Part shown: one piece after another, positions 39,931 to 52,090 of the stretch
Numbering within the stretch: position 1 is the stretch's first letter
Layout: each line of letters opens with the position of its first letter
Assembly (NCBI GenBank): GCA_043228905.1
Contig: JBHGNT010000011.1
Coordinates: forward strand, 8,618,001-8,682,000
Origin: Azolla caroliniana
Lineage: Eukaryota > Plantae > Polypodiophyta
DNA length: 64,000 bases
Direction: 5' to 3'
Made by a program: the position numbers and the translations under genes
Notes under the pieces: generated by a model
Seen by the model: only the letters and a program-made list of their open reading frames with translations
Database searches by the model: none
Told to the model about the DNA's origin: nothing

Positions 39931-42900
39931 ATGGCTACTGTTAGCGCCGAGGAACATCAATCCGTTTTTTCCGAGCTACAGTGTTCAAAAGAAAAATTCG
40001 TTGCATTGGAACAAGAAAACCAACGATTGTTAGGGGATCTTCAACAAATTGCTCTAGAAAAATAACAAACACAGCAACAACATGGGGAGTTGCAATAGCA
40101 ACATGGGGAGTTAGTGTTACGCGTATAACAACTCGAAGCAACTATCATTGCGTTACACCAACAAGGATCAAGTCCCCAAGGATTTCATCAAGAGCCCAAG
40201 TTTGGTCTTCTTGTGAAATTTGATGAAACGAGCTCACAATTCAGAGGATTCCTTAATTAGGTACGCTTAGTCATGCAAATGCATCCTTCCCGATACCCCA
40301 CTGATGCATCCCAAGTAGGCCTAATAGGTACGTTGCTCTGCTTTTGGAAAAACAATCTCCCTTGCTTAATAACTTTGAAGACTTTATTAGTGAGTTTAAA
40401 GCCTACTTTGGAGATACCGACAACATCAGGACGGCAATCAACAAAATCCGACGATTGCGTCAACGCGATCGTCCAACCTCTGCCTACGTGGCGGATTTCC
40501 ATCTACTCGCCTAAGATATCCCCTAGGATGATCAAGCACTAATGGAGTAGTTCCACTATGGCCTGCGAAACGACGTCAAAGATTTACTTTTAACCTTTCC
40601 CGAAGAACCAAAATCTCTTACAGAGCCAATCAGTTGAGCGGTCCGATACGACAACCGCCTTTTCGAACGACATTAGGAATGTCAATTTCAAATGCCACGG
40701 ACTAGGCCAGAGCCCACATACGCCTCAGTCGCAGCTAAACCGGTTGCACGAGATCTATCTTAGGCAAATATTCTGATGCCGATGGAGATCGACACCATGG
40801 GTTGATGTGGCCCGTTATCGGAAGAAGAAAACCACCGACGACGTCCAAATCAATTACGTCTTTATTGCGGTGGACAAGGGCATATCGCCATCAACTGTCC
40901 CCATAGGCCAAGAAGACAGGTAAATCAAATCGTAGCCTATACTAAATCCGAGTCAATTCCCTTAGGAGTGTCTAATAGTATTAATAGTACTGATAGGCCA
41001 AGTATCTCAAACAAATTTGAAATCCTTAGTCAATTAGAGGAAGAGTTAAACGACTAAGTCCAGCCAAAATAGGAGCCGTTTGGTTGGACAACCCTAGATC
41101 TGTGCATCCCATTAGTGGTGCCATTCCCTCTAAGCAAGTTAGCAATGTGTTCTTAGCCCAAGTCATGATTAGTACTAAAAGTACCCCTCCAGTACATCTC
41201 TTAGCCCTTTTAGATTCCAGAGCCAATTCCTGTTTCATGGATCAGAATTTTGCCCAAGCTTCTCAAATATCCTTAAGAAAACTTCCTTGCCCCACAACTG
41301 TAGTAGTCATTGATGCTTGTCCCATTGCGTCTAGGAATATCGTAGAAGATTGAGAACCCATTCAGGTTGACCTAGATAGCTTTGTGTGTGTGGTATCATT
41401 TAATATAATTAGTAGTCCAAAGCATCCCATTGTCCTAGGATTACCTTGGTTTGAGGTACATAATCCAGACATAGATTGGAGAACAAGAGAAGTCCGGTAT
41501 CGACAACCCCGAGAATCTACTCATCGAGTTTCGACCATTTCGCTCCATCAATTACACGAAGAAGGACGCAAGGAGTCAATGTTTCTATTTGCAATATCAG
41601 TACATCCTTCCAGAACTATTAAAAAGGAATCCTCAGTTCAACTTCCCGTGAAATATCATCCTTATGCCGATGTATTTGACAAGGTCAGAGCTGGTACTCT
41701 TCATCATCATCGTCCCTATGATTGTCCCATCGATTTACAACCAGGAACAGAGCCACAGTGGGAACCGATTTACAACTTGTCACCAACCGAGTTGGAAGTC
41801 CTTTGAGCCTACATAGAGAATTTGGCAAGCGGGTTTATTCATCATTCGAAATCTCCGGCCGGTGCACCCATTTTCTTTGTCAAAAAGAAAGATGGATCCA
41901 TTCATCTCCTCGCTGATTACCGCAGCTTGAATAAGGTCACCATTCGGAATAGGTATGCATTTCCCCTTATATCAAGTCTATTAGAACGTGTAAATGGTGC
42001 CAAGTTTTTTACAAAAAGCGACTTACAAGGAGCATATAACATCGTGCGGATCCGACCGGGAGATGAATGGAAAACCGATTTTCTCACCCGATATGGGCAC
42101 TTTGAGTATACCGTTATGCAGTTCGGTCTAACCAATGTGCCTGTAGTCTTCCAACACGTGGAAAATGATATATTCAGAGATCTCTTGGATATCTCTTTGA
42201 TCATCTATTTGGATGATCTATTGATTTATTTGAAGACCTAAGGGGAGCATGATTCTCATGTACTATTAGTACTAAAACGACTCCGAGAGCATGGTCTTTA
42301 TGCCAAACTAGAAAAATGTAGGTTTGACTACAAGCTAGTGGAATTTCTAGGCTATGTCATCTCCTCAAAAGGCATCTCCATGGATCCAGCTAAAGTCCAA
42401 ACTATGCTAGAGTGGCAAACTCCACGTTCGTTACAAGATGTGCAATGTTTCCTAGGCTTTGCTAACTTCTACCGCAAGTTTATACAAGATTACTCGAAGA
42501 TTATTTTACCTCTCACACAACTTACAAAGAAGGGACAATCATTTCTTTGGTCCAATGAAGTGGACATGGTTTTTGTGCATCTTAAGAAAGCCTTTACATC
42601 AACTCCTATTCTAGCTCATGTGGATACAAACAAACCATTCATCATGGAGGCCGACGCATCAGATTTCGCCCTCGGTATCATCCTTTCACAACAAGGAGAT
42701 AAAGAAAAGTTACATCTTGTGGCTTTCCACTACTGCAAATTTGATGCCGCGGAAATTAACTACGAGATACATAACAAGGAGTTATTAGCCATTGTGGATT
42801 CTTTTGTGCAATGGAGGCACTTCTTAGAGGGCTCTCCTCATCAGGTCATCGTCTTCAATGATCACAAAAATCTTGCTTACTTCCTGAACGCTCGTGTACT

Positions 42901-44637
42901 AAATTGACGGCAAGCTCGGTGGGCCCAATTCCTCATGCGTTTTGACTTCAAAATCACATATCGGCTGGGGAAGCAGCAAGGAAAAGCAGATGCACTATCG
43001 TGACATTCATATCTTGCACCTCATCTGGGTGATCCAACATTTGATAATCAAAACCAGGTAATCTTGGGACCAACACGTTTGCACACAACGCAGATTTTTC
43101 AAACTCCACTGGATTCCCAGATTATCGATGCCATACGTGCCAACTTGAAGATAGATAGTTTTGCTAAGGCCATTCTAGCGCAAATTGATGCCTCTCGAGC
43201 ATCCTGTTCCCAGTCTCAACAACCAAGTATGGACTACCGACAATTCAAATATCATGATGGTTTATTATTCTTTAAAAAGCTCGTGTATGTTCTTGATTGC
43301 TCCTGTCGCCTTCAAATCGTCCAAAATTGTCACGACACCCATACAACTGGACATTTCGGTAGTACTAAGACGTTGGATCAGTTCGACGATCCTTTTGGTG
43401 ACCCCATATGCGACGTTTTGTCGACGACTATGTTCAGATCTCTGATGCTTGTTGCTAAGCAAAGATGCCACGACATCATCCATATGGCTTGTTGGAATCC
43501 TTACCAATTCCAAGTAAGCCGTGGTAGTCCATTTGTCTTGATTTTATCACAAATCTTCTAGTTTCAAAGGGTTTCAATGCTATCTTAATCGTCGTTGATC
43601 GATATACTAAGATGACACATTTTGTGCCTTGTACTAAGGCCATCACTAGTGAGGAAACTGCAACCCTTGTCATGCGTGAGGTATTTCGGCATGATGACCT
43701 CCTAGACAATATCATCAGTGACCGAGGACCTCAATTCCTCTCCAAATTTTGGATGCATCTCTTCAAGATGCTCAAGGTCTCTTGCAACCTCTCCTCCGGC
43801 TACCATCCCCAAACTAATGGCCAAGCGGAACGAATGAATCAAACGTTAGAACAATATCTTCGGTGTTTTCTGAGTTATCAACAGGACGATTGGGCTCATA
43901 TTCTCCACTTTACAAAGTTTGCGTATAACAACGTTATTCACTCCTTGACTCGGGTCTCGCCATTTTATGCTTATATCGGTTCTCATCGTCACTGGTCTAT
44001 GATCGACACTCCGGAGCTACCTACCAATCCTCGTGCCGAGGATCATCTGGAGATGCTAAGCAAGATTCATACGGATCTATCTACTCATCTTCGTCATGCT
44101 CAACACACTCAGAAGACTTATGCAGATCATCATCGGCTTCCCTCCTCTTTTGCCATTGGAGATCGAGTATGTCTCTTATGTCGTCACATCAAGACAACTC
44201 AACCGTGTGACAAATTGGATTATCGACGACTCGGTCCTTTCCGTATTAACAACAAGGTTAATGATGTCACGTTCCGCCTTGATCTTCCTCCGCACCTTCA
44301 GATACATCCGGTCTTCCATAGTTCTCTTCTCGAACCTTATCAGGCCAACACTATTCCAGATCGTGTTACACCACTGCCACCCCTGCTTGAGTTGGACACC
44401 GGCCCAGAGTATGAAGTTGCTGCCGTCCTCGACTCCAAGTTTGTTCGCAACAAACTTTATTATTTGGTCAATTGGCTCGGCTATTGTCCGAGTGAATGTA
44501 CTTGGGAACTTGTCGAGCATGTCACCAATGCTCAGGATCTTCTTGCTAATTTCCAACAAAAGTATCCGGACAAACCCGGTCCACAATCAGCGCCGACTCA
44601 TGACACTCGTCGTCTTAAGGGGGGGATAGTGTCATGA
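39931..44637 (+). pseudogene. pol: G gag-pol with C-terminal chromodomain
   Basis: [23 protein letters not shown] and YLDDLL, RH EADASD, INT YHPQTNGQAER, GPF module, chromodomain EYEVAAVLDS..YYLVNWLGY..TWE at about 44407-44570. Confidence 0.94.
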
Positions 44638-45578
44638 TATGGAAAGACTTGAACCCATAACCTTATGTTATATAGGTCGAGCTCTTGACCATTACATTAT
44701 CTATTGTAATACAAACATGTTCCCATTCAGAAGTGGAAGGATCGCGCATTCCACTTTTAGATTCTCTTTGTAGTCACACAATTTTAGCTTGTTGTGAAAT
44801 CGAACATGCACCAGTATCACATGATCAACCAAAGATGGTGAATTTATTGATTTATTAATCCGATGCATCTCTATACCTAGAGAACATGCTATTTATGGGA
44901 GAAAATATAAATGTATGAGATTTATTTTTGCAATGTTTACAAATTTAGGGTTGGGGTTTACTACGCATTCATTTGATACAAATTAATTATTTGAGGAAAG
45001 CATTAACAAACAAGGATTCCATTTTCGTGAGATGTAAAGTGTAGAGGTTTACAATGGTTAAACTTTCCAAGAGAGGTGTATATGCTATTTGAGAAATTGA
45101 TATTTACATATTATTGAATACAATACATCGCAATTAATCCTTAGTAAAGATCATTAGGATATAATACCAAATGTATATGTTCATGACAACACATGAAATT
45201 TAGAAGTCGAAAGCATACTCGTAACTATTAGTTTACATGAAATTAGACATAAAAGAATATACCCAAAACATATATGACAATTATTAAGGCATAGGCCGTG
45301 CTAAATTTTTGGGTGCCAAAATAGAGACAACACTCCAGTAGTAACGTTGAAGCATGTATTAAAATTTTCATTTGATTGTCTACACATAAACACTAAATCA
45401 AGAAGTTAAACACATATATACAAATGGAGTACTAATAATCCATACAAAACACACATTGATAGCCCTCCATACATCTAGTCCAGACAACAATCAACCATAG
45501 AAACATGATTGTTGTTCTATAATCCCCTTCAATAAAGCAAATACTCCCCAATATCTACAAATGCCTCCTTCATTCCTA

Positions 45579-46436
45579 CTATAAGTTTTGGACGTGCAGC
45601 TTATGTGGTTCTCTGATCTCCAAAGGATGGCGTTCTGTATTCTCATCCAGAGGGGGGTGATGAATATGGGTTATCGGAAGGTTAAAAACTTGCCCCTTCT
45701 GCACAAGCTTTCTATGGATGATGTTCCTTCTTATTTGATTTTGTTTCGATGACAACACACCAGACACAAGCTCTACTCCTGGTGTAGATCGAGTCTCATC
45801 ATCTTCTATTGAACTCGATGACTCAGAATCTGACATTCTTGTCACCTTCTTTTCTTGAGGCCTAGACTGCACAACATATTTCTTTATTGGTGCTTTAACA
45901 TGCGATAAAGAGGCTGCCTTCAGGCCTTGAATGTATGGCCTCAATGTTGTTATCAGGTTGGTACTTGTCTCAATAGCATTCCGAAAGGATTCTGGCCCGC
46001 ATAAATCCTTCAACAAGTAGTCTTCAGAGACGATCATCTTACGGACTCCTTTTGTACAGTTGACTAACACAATCAAATTAGTTGAGTCCGTGTCTTCATA
46101 ATCAAGCCAATTTTTTTTGTCATAGCTAAATGGCCAATCTTGGGCAAGCATCCCACGTCTAGCCAGTCTGGAAACTAAGAGTACTAACTTCTTTTTCAAG
46201 TCGACATATTGCAATGCCCACTCGTGTCCAGTTAAGTCTCTGTCCAGTTGGTCTTCACCTCCTCCAGCCATGACAAATGTCTTCTAACTAACTTCGTCAG
46301 ACGGCTGCCTCACGACTTCATCCTCAAACACAAGTTTCTTTCCCTTTTGCGGATACGTGACAATAGGGATCTTTGTTGTCTCTGGAGGAGAGCTTTGATA
46401 CTTAATCCGAATTCTTTTGAGTGGCATCTCCTCCAT
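45579..46436 (-). pseudogene. Second ORF of H, unknown protein, divergent from the transposase
   Basis: 230-aa ORF extends in frame to an ATG at 46436 through one TAG; a possible splice acceptor (TTATTTCATGTAG on -) lies at about 46450. Confidence 0.55.
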
Positions 46437-47158
46437 AGGATCAGTCGACCTACATGAAATAATAGAACAATGAACCTAAACCTACATTCTCTCAAATGAT
46501 AATGTATTCTAAGATGGTAAGGTTTTCTACATTTTAAAACACATATGAAGCAGACTGGAAAATGAGAATTCAAAAAATAGTTTGGCCTCATTAAGCTCTT
46601 GCCTAACAACTTGAAGGGTGTAGTAATAAGGTCAAAAACCTAGTAAGAGGCACTAGAAAGGGAGTTCAGATAACGGAATAGTGAAACCTAAACCTATATC
46701 CTCCTAACTGGCAATGGTAGTAAGGTAGTAAGGTGGTATGGTAATGTTTGGGCCTCACTTCAGTCTTACAGTATGCACATTCCTCTTAAATGAAGGTGGT
46801 ATGGTGTGCCAAATTAACAATCCAGTAATGTTTTGGCCTCATTTTAGTGTTACAATAAGAACATTCCTAGTACGTGGTGTAAAGGACTTGTAGGATGGGT
46901 GAAACAGGGTTAGAAACCTAGGATAAATGTATATCTAACGTCTTTGAGTTCTCTAAACCCTCAAATTACTAGAATTTTGACATCCCCATCAGTGTCTAGG
47001 TCTCAGATTGCAGGTCAAATTCTACTGTATTTTGACCTTAATTTAGAATTTCTAAAGATGTTTTTACTTCTTATTTTTAGCCTAATGTTTGCTTTCGTGT
47101 TTCTGATGGTGTAATGTACATTAATAGTGTGGTCTAACTACCCTAGTGGCTCTATGAC

Positions 47159-47293
47159 CCTCAACTCAATACGGCGTATCGAGTTCTGGCATTAGGAGCC
47201 TCAACTCGATACGGCGTATCGAGTTCTGGCGTTAGGAGCCTCGACTCCATACGGAGTATCGAGTTTTGGCGTTAGGAGCCTCCACTCCATACT
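47159..47293. repeat. 40-bp tandem repeat (about 3.3 copies) with internal hairpin
   Basis: Unit CCTCAACTCGATACGGCGTATCGAGTTCTGGCGTTAGGAG, period 40. Confidence 0.9.
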
Positions 47294-49030
47294 ACGTACA
47301 GAGACAACGACAGAGAAGGAGCTAAATAAGAAATTACATGCCCAAGCATTAGAGCGAAAAAGAGCTATGCACCATAGGGAAAAGTCGATAAACAATCCAG
47401 CTAACTACATGTGTTTAATGATAGATGGAATGGACCAAAAGAAGACGTGTCTACCTTATCTTAAACGTCTTCCTAAAGGTGTCAACGATGATTGTCTCGT
47501 CCAGATGCACTTGGTGGGTTGTTTAGCGTATAATGGAAGTGTTAAGCCTCATGTCTTCGTTACCTACCCAAATGTCCACAATGACCCTAATTTAACAATC
47601 ATTATGATTCAAAAAGTTTTGATGTCTTGGGGGCAGTCTTTGCTGCGAGTTTTATATATTCAACTTGACAATACTGCTCGTGAAAACAAAAATTCTACAG
47701 TCTTTGGTTATCTAAGTATGCTGGTGAACCAAGGAATTTTTAGGAAAGTGAAAGTTACTTTCTATTGGTTGGTCACACACATGACCATATCGATTAGATG
47801 TTCAGTAACTTCTCTCGGCAGTTATCATGATATGATGCTTTCACGTTACCTAAGTCATTCGACATCATTCATGATGCATATACACCATGCCTAATTGTGG
47901 AACACTTGAAGGAAATATATGATTTCAAGAGATACGTCTTTAAATGGTGGTGAGCGAAATGCTAAAGTGTTAGTGCCATTAAATAATATAAGTTTCAACC
48001 ACGTATTCTTAATAATAATAAATTATCATAGTGGCTATACATTATTATATGCAAAGTAGTATTCATCCTCCCCTCAATGGGAGCCTGAAGGCGGGTGTCA
48101 GTTTCTACTTCATATGCCTTCTACTTTTGTTTATGGTGCAAGACAAATGCCGATTGAGACTAAAAAGGTGGTCACCAATGTACCAACTGATAATCAAAAG
48201 GATGTTTGGATGCAAGCACTACAAGACAAACGCAAGCACATTGACAATGCGAAGAAGTATGTTGGGGAACAAGACACGTCATGGTGGGATGTGTTCTTTG
48301 CAGATCAAGAACAAATTGTTGACAATTGTGTCCTTGGTATTTGGACCATGCAAATCCCCTTCACATGGAATATACAACAGTGTCGTAATTCTCAGACTTC
48401 TCCTCTTGCACCTAATGCGATTAATGATAGCTTGCTCCATCCACCACAAAGGGACATATATGTTGGACCCAAGCTTATGAAAATAGCGGAAATGAGGTGG
48501 CAAGGAAACTTGCAAGAATTGAAGGTGGGTATGTTAATTGCGACACCTGCTGATGATAAGGAGCTGGGACATCAATTTTGGATTGGTAAGTTTTAGATGT
48601 GGTGATGCATGAGAACCAAAGCCAAATCCAGTCTATAAAGGTGTATTGGTGCAACACTAGAAGCAAAAATGCCTTTACCGGCAAGTATGCATTAGAGATG
48701 ATGGAATGTCCACGGTCAAGGGGCAATAGAAAGAGGAAAAGAAATATTCGTAGCACTTCATGCCTAGACATTGGTGACGTAGATATTATTGTTTACGACT
48801 TCACACTAACAAAAGTTGGACGTCTGAGGAAGTCTACAATAGATATCATCAAGGAGAAATTACCTATTCTACAAGGGGTCTCAAGTCGAAGGCAAACAAG
48901 ATCGTCAAAACATAACATGGAATGTCAACATCTAGTTTTAGATGAAGATAATGCCTTAATAGGTACATCTGAAGATGACGAGGAACAATCTGCATTGTAT
49001 ATTAGTTATAGTAGTGACTCTAGATCATGA
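47292..49030 (+). pseudogene. DDE transposase of H (Sola1/DUF7869-like), frameshifted, N-terminally truncated
   Basis: Motifs IDGMDQKKT, LYIQLDNTARENKN and, after a frameshift, LLVGHTHDHID. Confidence 0.75.
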
Positions 49031-50217
49031 TACGAGTAACACCGGGTCATTTGAAACAGGTAATATGTCGCATTCTCTTTTTCATATCTTAGTGAGATGT
49101 TAAAAAATGCCTTATTTAAGCAGAATTTCAACAAGGCACGACGCATGTGTATGTGGTTTATGAAAACATAGCGAAAAAAAGAACTAACTAATATCAAGTC
49201 AACCAAAATCATCCGATGTATATTCTATCTACCATGTTTTTGTCCAAATCTTAGACAGGGGTGTATTTGTCAACACAAGTATAATAGTAACACGGGTCCT
49301 TGTGCATATTCTAAAAAGCATGCCCCATTGAATAAGTGACTTCTTCTAATTATGTGTGTATATTTAAATATAATACATCTTAAAGCAAATTGTGAACCTT
49401 GCAATTAAGAGATACTACTATGTCAAGAGAATATTTCCATTGACACGTGATACATGACACTGTCAATGTATAAATAAACTAGTCTACAATAACATTCCAA
49501 TCATACGAGTAAATGATAGAGTATAAACTTATCTCCGATATACCCCAAATGATAAAGGATAGTTTAGATAACATGTACACATACAAGTATACTTAATTTC
49601 TAAGTTCAATGATTGTTACACGAAAATTATAAGTAAGCTCAACTTATATATTACGTCAAAATTTAACAATTCATATTGTTCAAAATTTACAATAAGCCAT
49701 AACCATTCAATCGAATAATAAGTCTGGTAAAGCCGTCTACTCAGGATTAGCTCTTTCATCAGGATTGTCCTCATTGGCTTCGTCAGTACGCTAAGTTGAA
49801 TTGTTAGTATGTTCAGACTCTGAAACGTCTTCTAATTCAACAAGTTGCCCTGCGTCTTCATCTATAGTTCCACAAGTTTTCTAAAAGTCATCTAGAACAT
49901 CTAAGTTTTATTGATATGCTTTGCCCCAACTTCTTGGTCTTGATCAGGACAACCCCAGATACCTTGATTCCTCATTTTGATGACATTAACTTGCTCAAGG
50001 TCCTTCTCTAATGTAATAGAGTTCCTGATAATCTTTAAGGCGTATGTTTTAGTAGTACATGACAGTAGAATGAAATTGCACAGGTAACATCAAACTGAAG
50101 AATAGAATATAACGTTAATCTAAATTGATGTAAGTTTTATATTATATACCTGTGTCAGAAAACTAATCTAAAACCCATTGAAAATTTGAAACAATAAAAT
50201 TTGAAAAAATAAAAAAT

Positions 50218-52090
50218 CTTGGATTTTTAATTGGAATCCAATGCAATGCACTAGATTTCAGTTGAAAATCCAAGTTTTTTTTTTTTGTAATTTTTAAAAA
50301 ATTTTCCATTAAAAAATAAAAAATGGATTTTCAGCTAAAATACTATGCCCTACATTATATTTTAGTATATATAGCTAGAATCTATTGCAATGCGTTGGAT
50401 TAGAGTCGAAAATCCATTTTTCTTTTTTCTTTTTCTAATGTTATTTATTTATTTATTTTCCATATAAAAAAATAATAAACGGCTTTTCAATTGAAATCCG
50501 ATACACTACATCAGATCGTAATCTATACAGCTAGACATTGATGCATTGCATCAGATTTTAGCTGGCAATCCTTTTTCTTTTCAATTGTTTTTCATTTTTT
50601 CAAAAAATAAATACAAATATATTAAAAAAGTGGATTTCCAACTGAAATCTAATGCACTACATCGAATTTCAATTCAAAATCCAAATTTCTTTTAGGTTTT
50701 TTATAAAACAATGAGATAATAAAAAAATATTCCATTTTCAACAAAATCTGAACCATTGAGTCGGATTTCAATTGCAAATTAATGTTTTATGAAAAAACAT
50801 AAGAAAAATATTGGACTTTCAACGAAAATCCGATGCACTGCATCGGATTTCTATTGAAACTCAGTGATTTTGAATGGAAATCTTGTTGAAAATGATCTGT
50901 TTTCAACGGGAATCCAATGCACTGCATCGGATTCCCGTTGAAATCACATCATTTTAAATGGAGAAAATCACAATTTGTTTATTTTTAACACTTTTTTAGA
51001 GAAAAATATAAACAAATAAGAAAATTTGTAAACAAACAAGAAAAAGTGGACTCTCAATGGAAATCCGATGCAGTGCATCGGATTTCCGTTGAAAATCCAT
51101 TTTTTTCAATTCCTATATATTTATTTATGATAAAAACAAAAACAATTCAAAACAAATACAAAAACAAATTCAAAATATCTGAAAAATTGGAAACAAATAA
51201 GAAAAAATGGATTTTCAATAGAAATCCGAGTAGTGCATCGGATTTCTATTGAAAACCCATTTTTTGCAATTTTTATTTATTTATTAATGGGAAAAGATGA
51301 AAAAAATTTGAAAAATACAAAAAAATATTTACAAATATGAAAATTTGGTAACAAATAGCAAAAAGTGGACTTTCAATAGAAATCCGATGCAATGCATCGG
51401 ATTTCCTTTGAAAATTCATTTTTTCAATTTCTATATAGTTATTTATGAGAAAATAGACAAACAAAATACCAAAAAAATTCTAAAAACTATGAAAATTTGG
51501 AAAAAAATAAGAAAAAGTGGATTTTCTACGGAAATCCGATGCATGTTTATTTATTTTTTATAGAAAAATTTCAAAAAATTTCAAAAAATTTCAAAAAAAA
51601 AAAGCAAATTTGGAAAAAAATATGTAAAAGTGGACTTTCAACCAAAATCCGATGCAGTGCATCGGATTTCCGTTGAAAATCCATTTTTTCAATTTTTATT
51701 TATTTTTTTATGGGAAAAATAAAAACAAATTGAAAAACAATAAAAAATAAGAAAATTTTCAAAAAAATAAGAGAAATTAGATTTTCAATTGAATCCGATG
51801 CACGGAATTGGATTTCCATTGAAATCTAATTTGTCAATTTTTATTTATTTATTTACGAGTAAAATAAAAAATGTTTATTTATTTATTTATGGGAAAATGT
51901 TTTATTTTTTCAATTTGTATTTATTTATGTATTTTCAGGAAATCCATGCAATGTATCATATTTTAGTCTATGTAGCTAGAATTCAATGCAATGCATTAAA
52001 ATGCAAGAGTATTTTTTTAATGGAAATTTTTTTTAAAAAATCCAAGACTTACAGGAATCTGATGCATTATATCCAATTCTAGATGTATAG
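50218..52090. repeat. Array of about 15 imperfect ~53-bp palindromes with A/T-rich spacers
   Basis: Consensus TGGATTTTCAACGGAAATCCGATGCA(C/G)TGCATCGGATTTCCGTTGAAAATCCA; best copies at 50812, 50900, 51046, 51207, 51365, 51630. Confidence 0.9.

Noticed and set aside
50218-52090. CRISPR array call
   Set aside because: Eukaryotic TE context, no cas genes, repeats degenerate, and spacers are long, low-complexity and mutually similar
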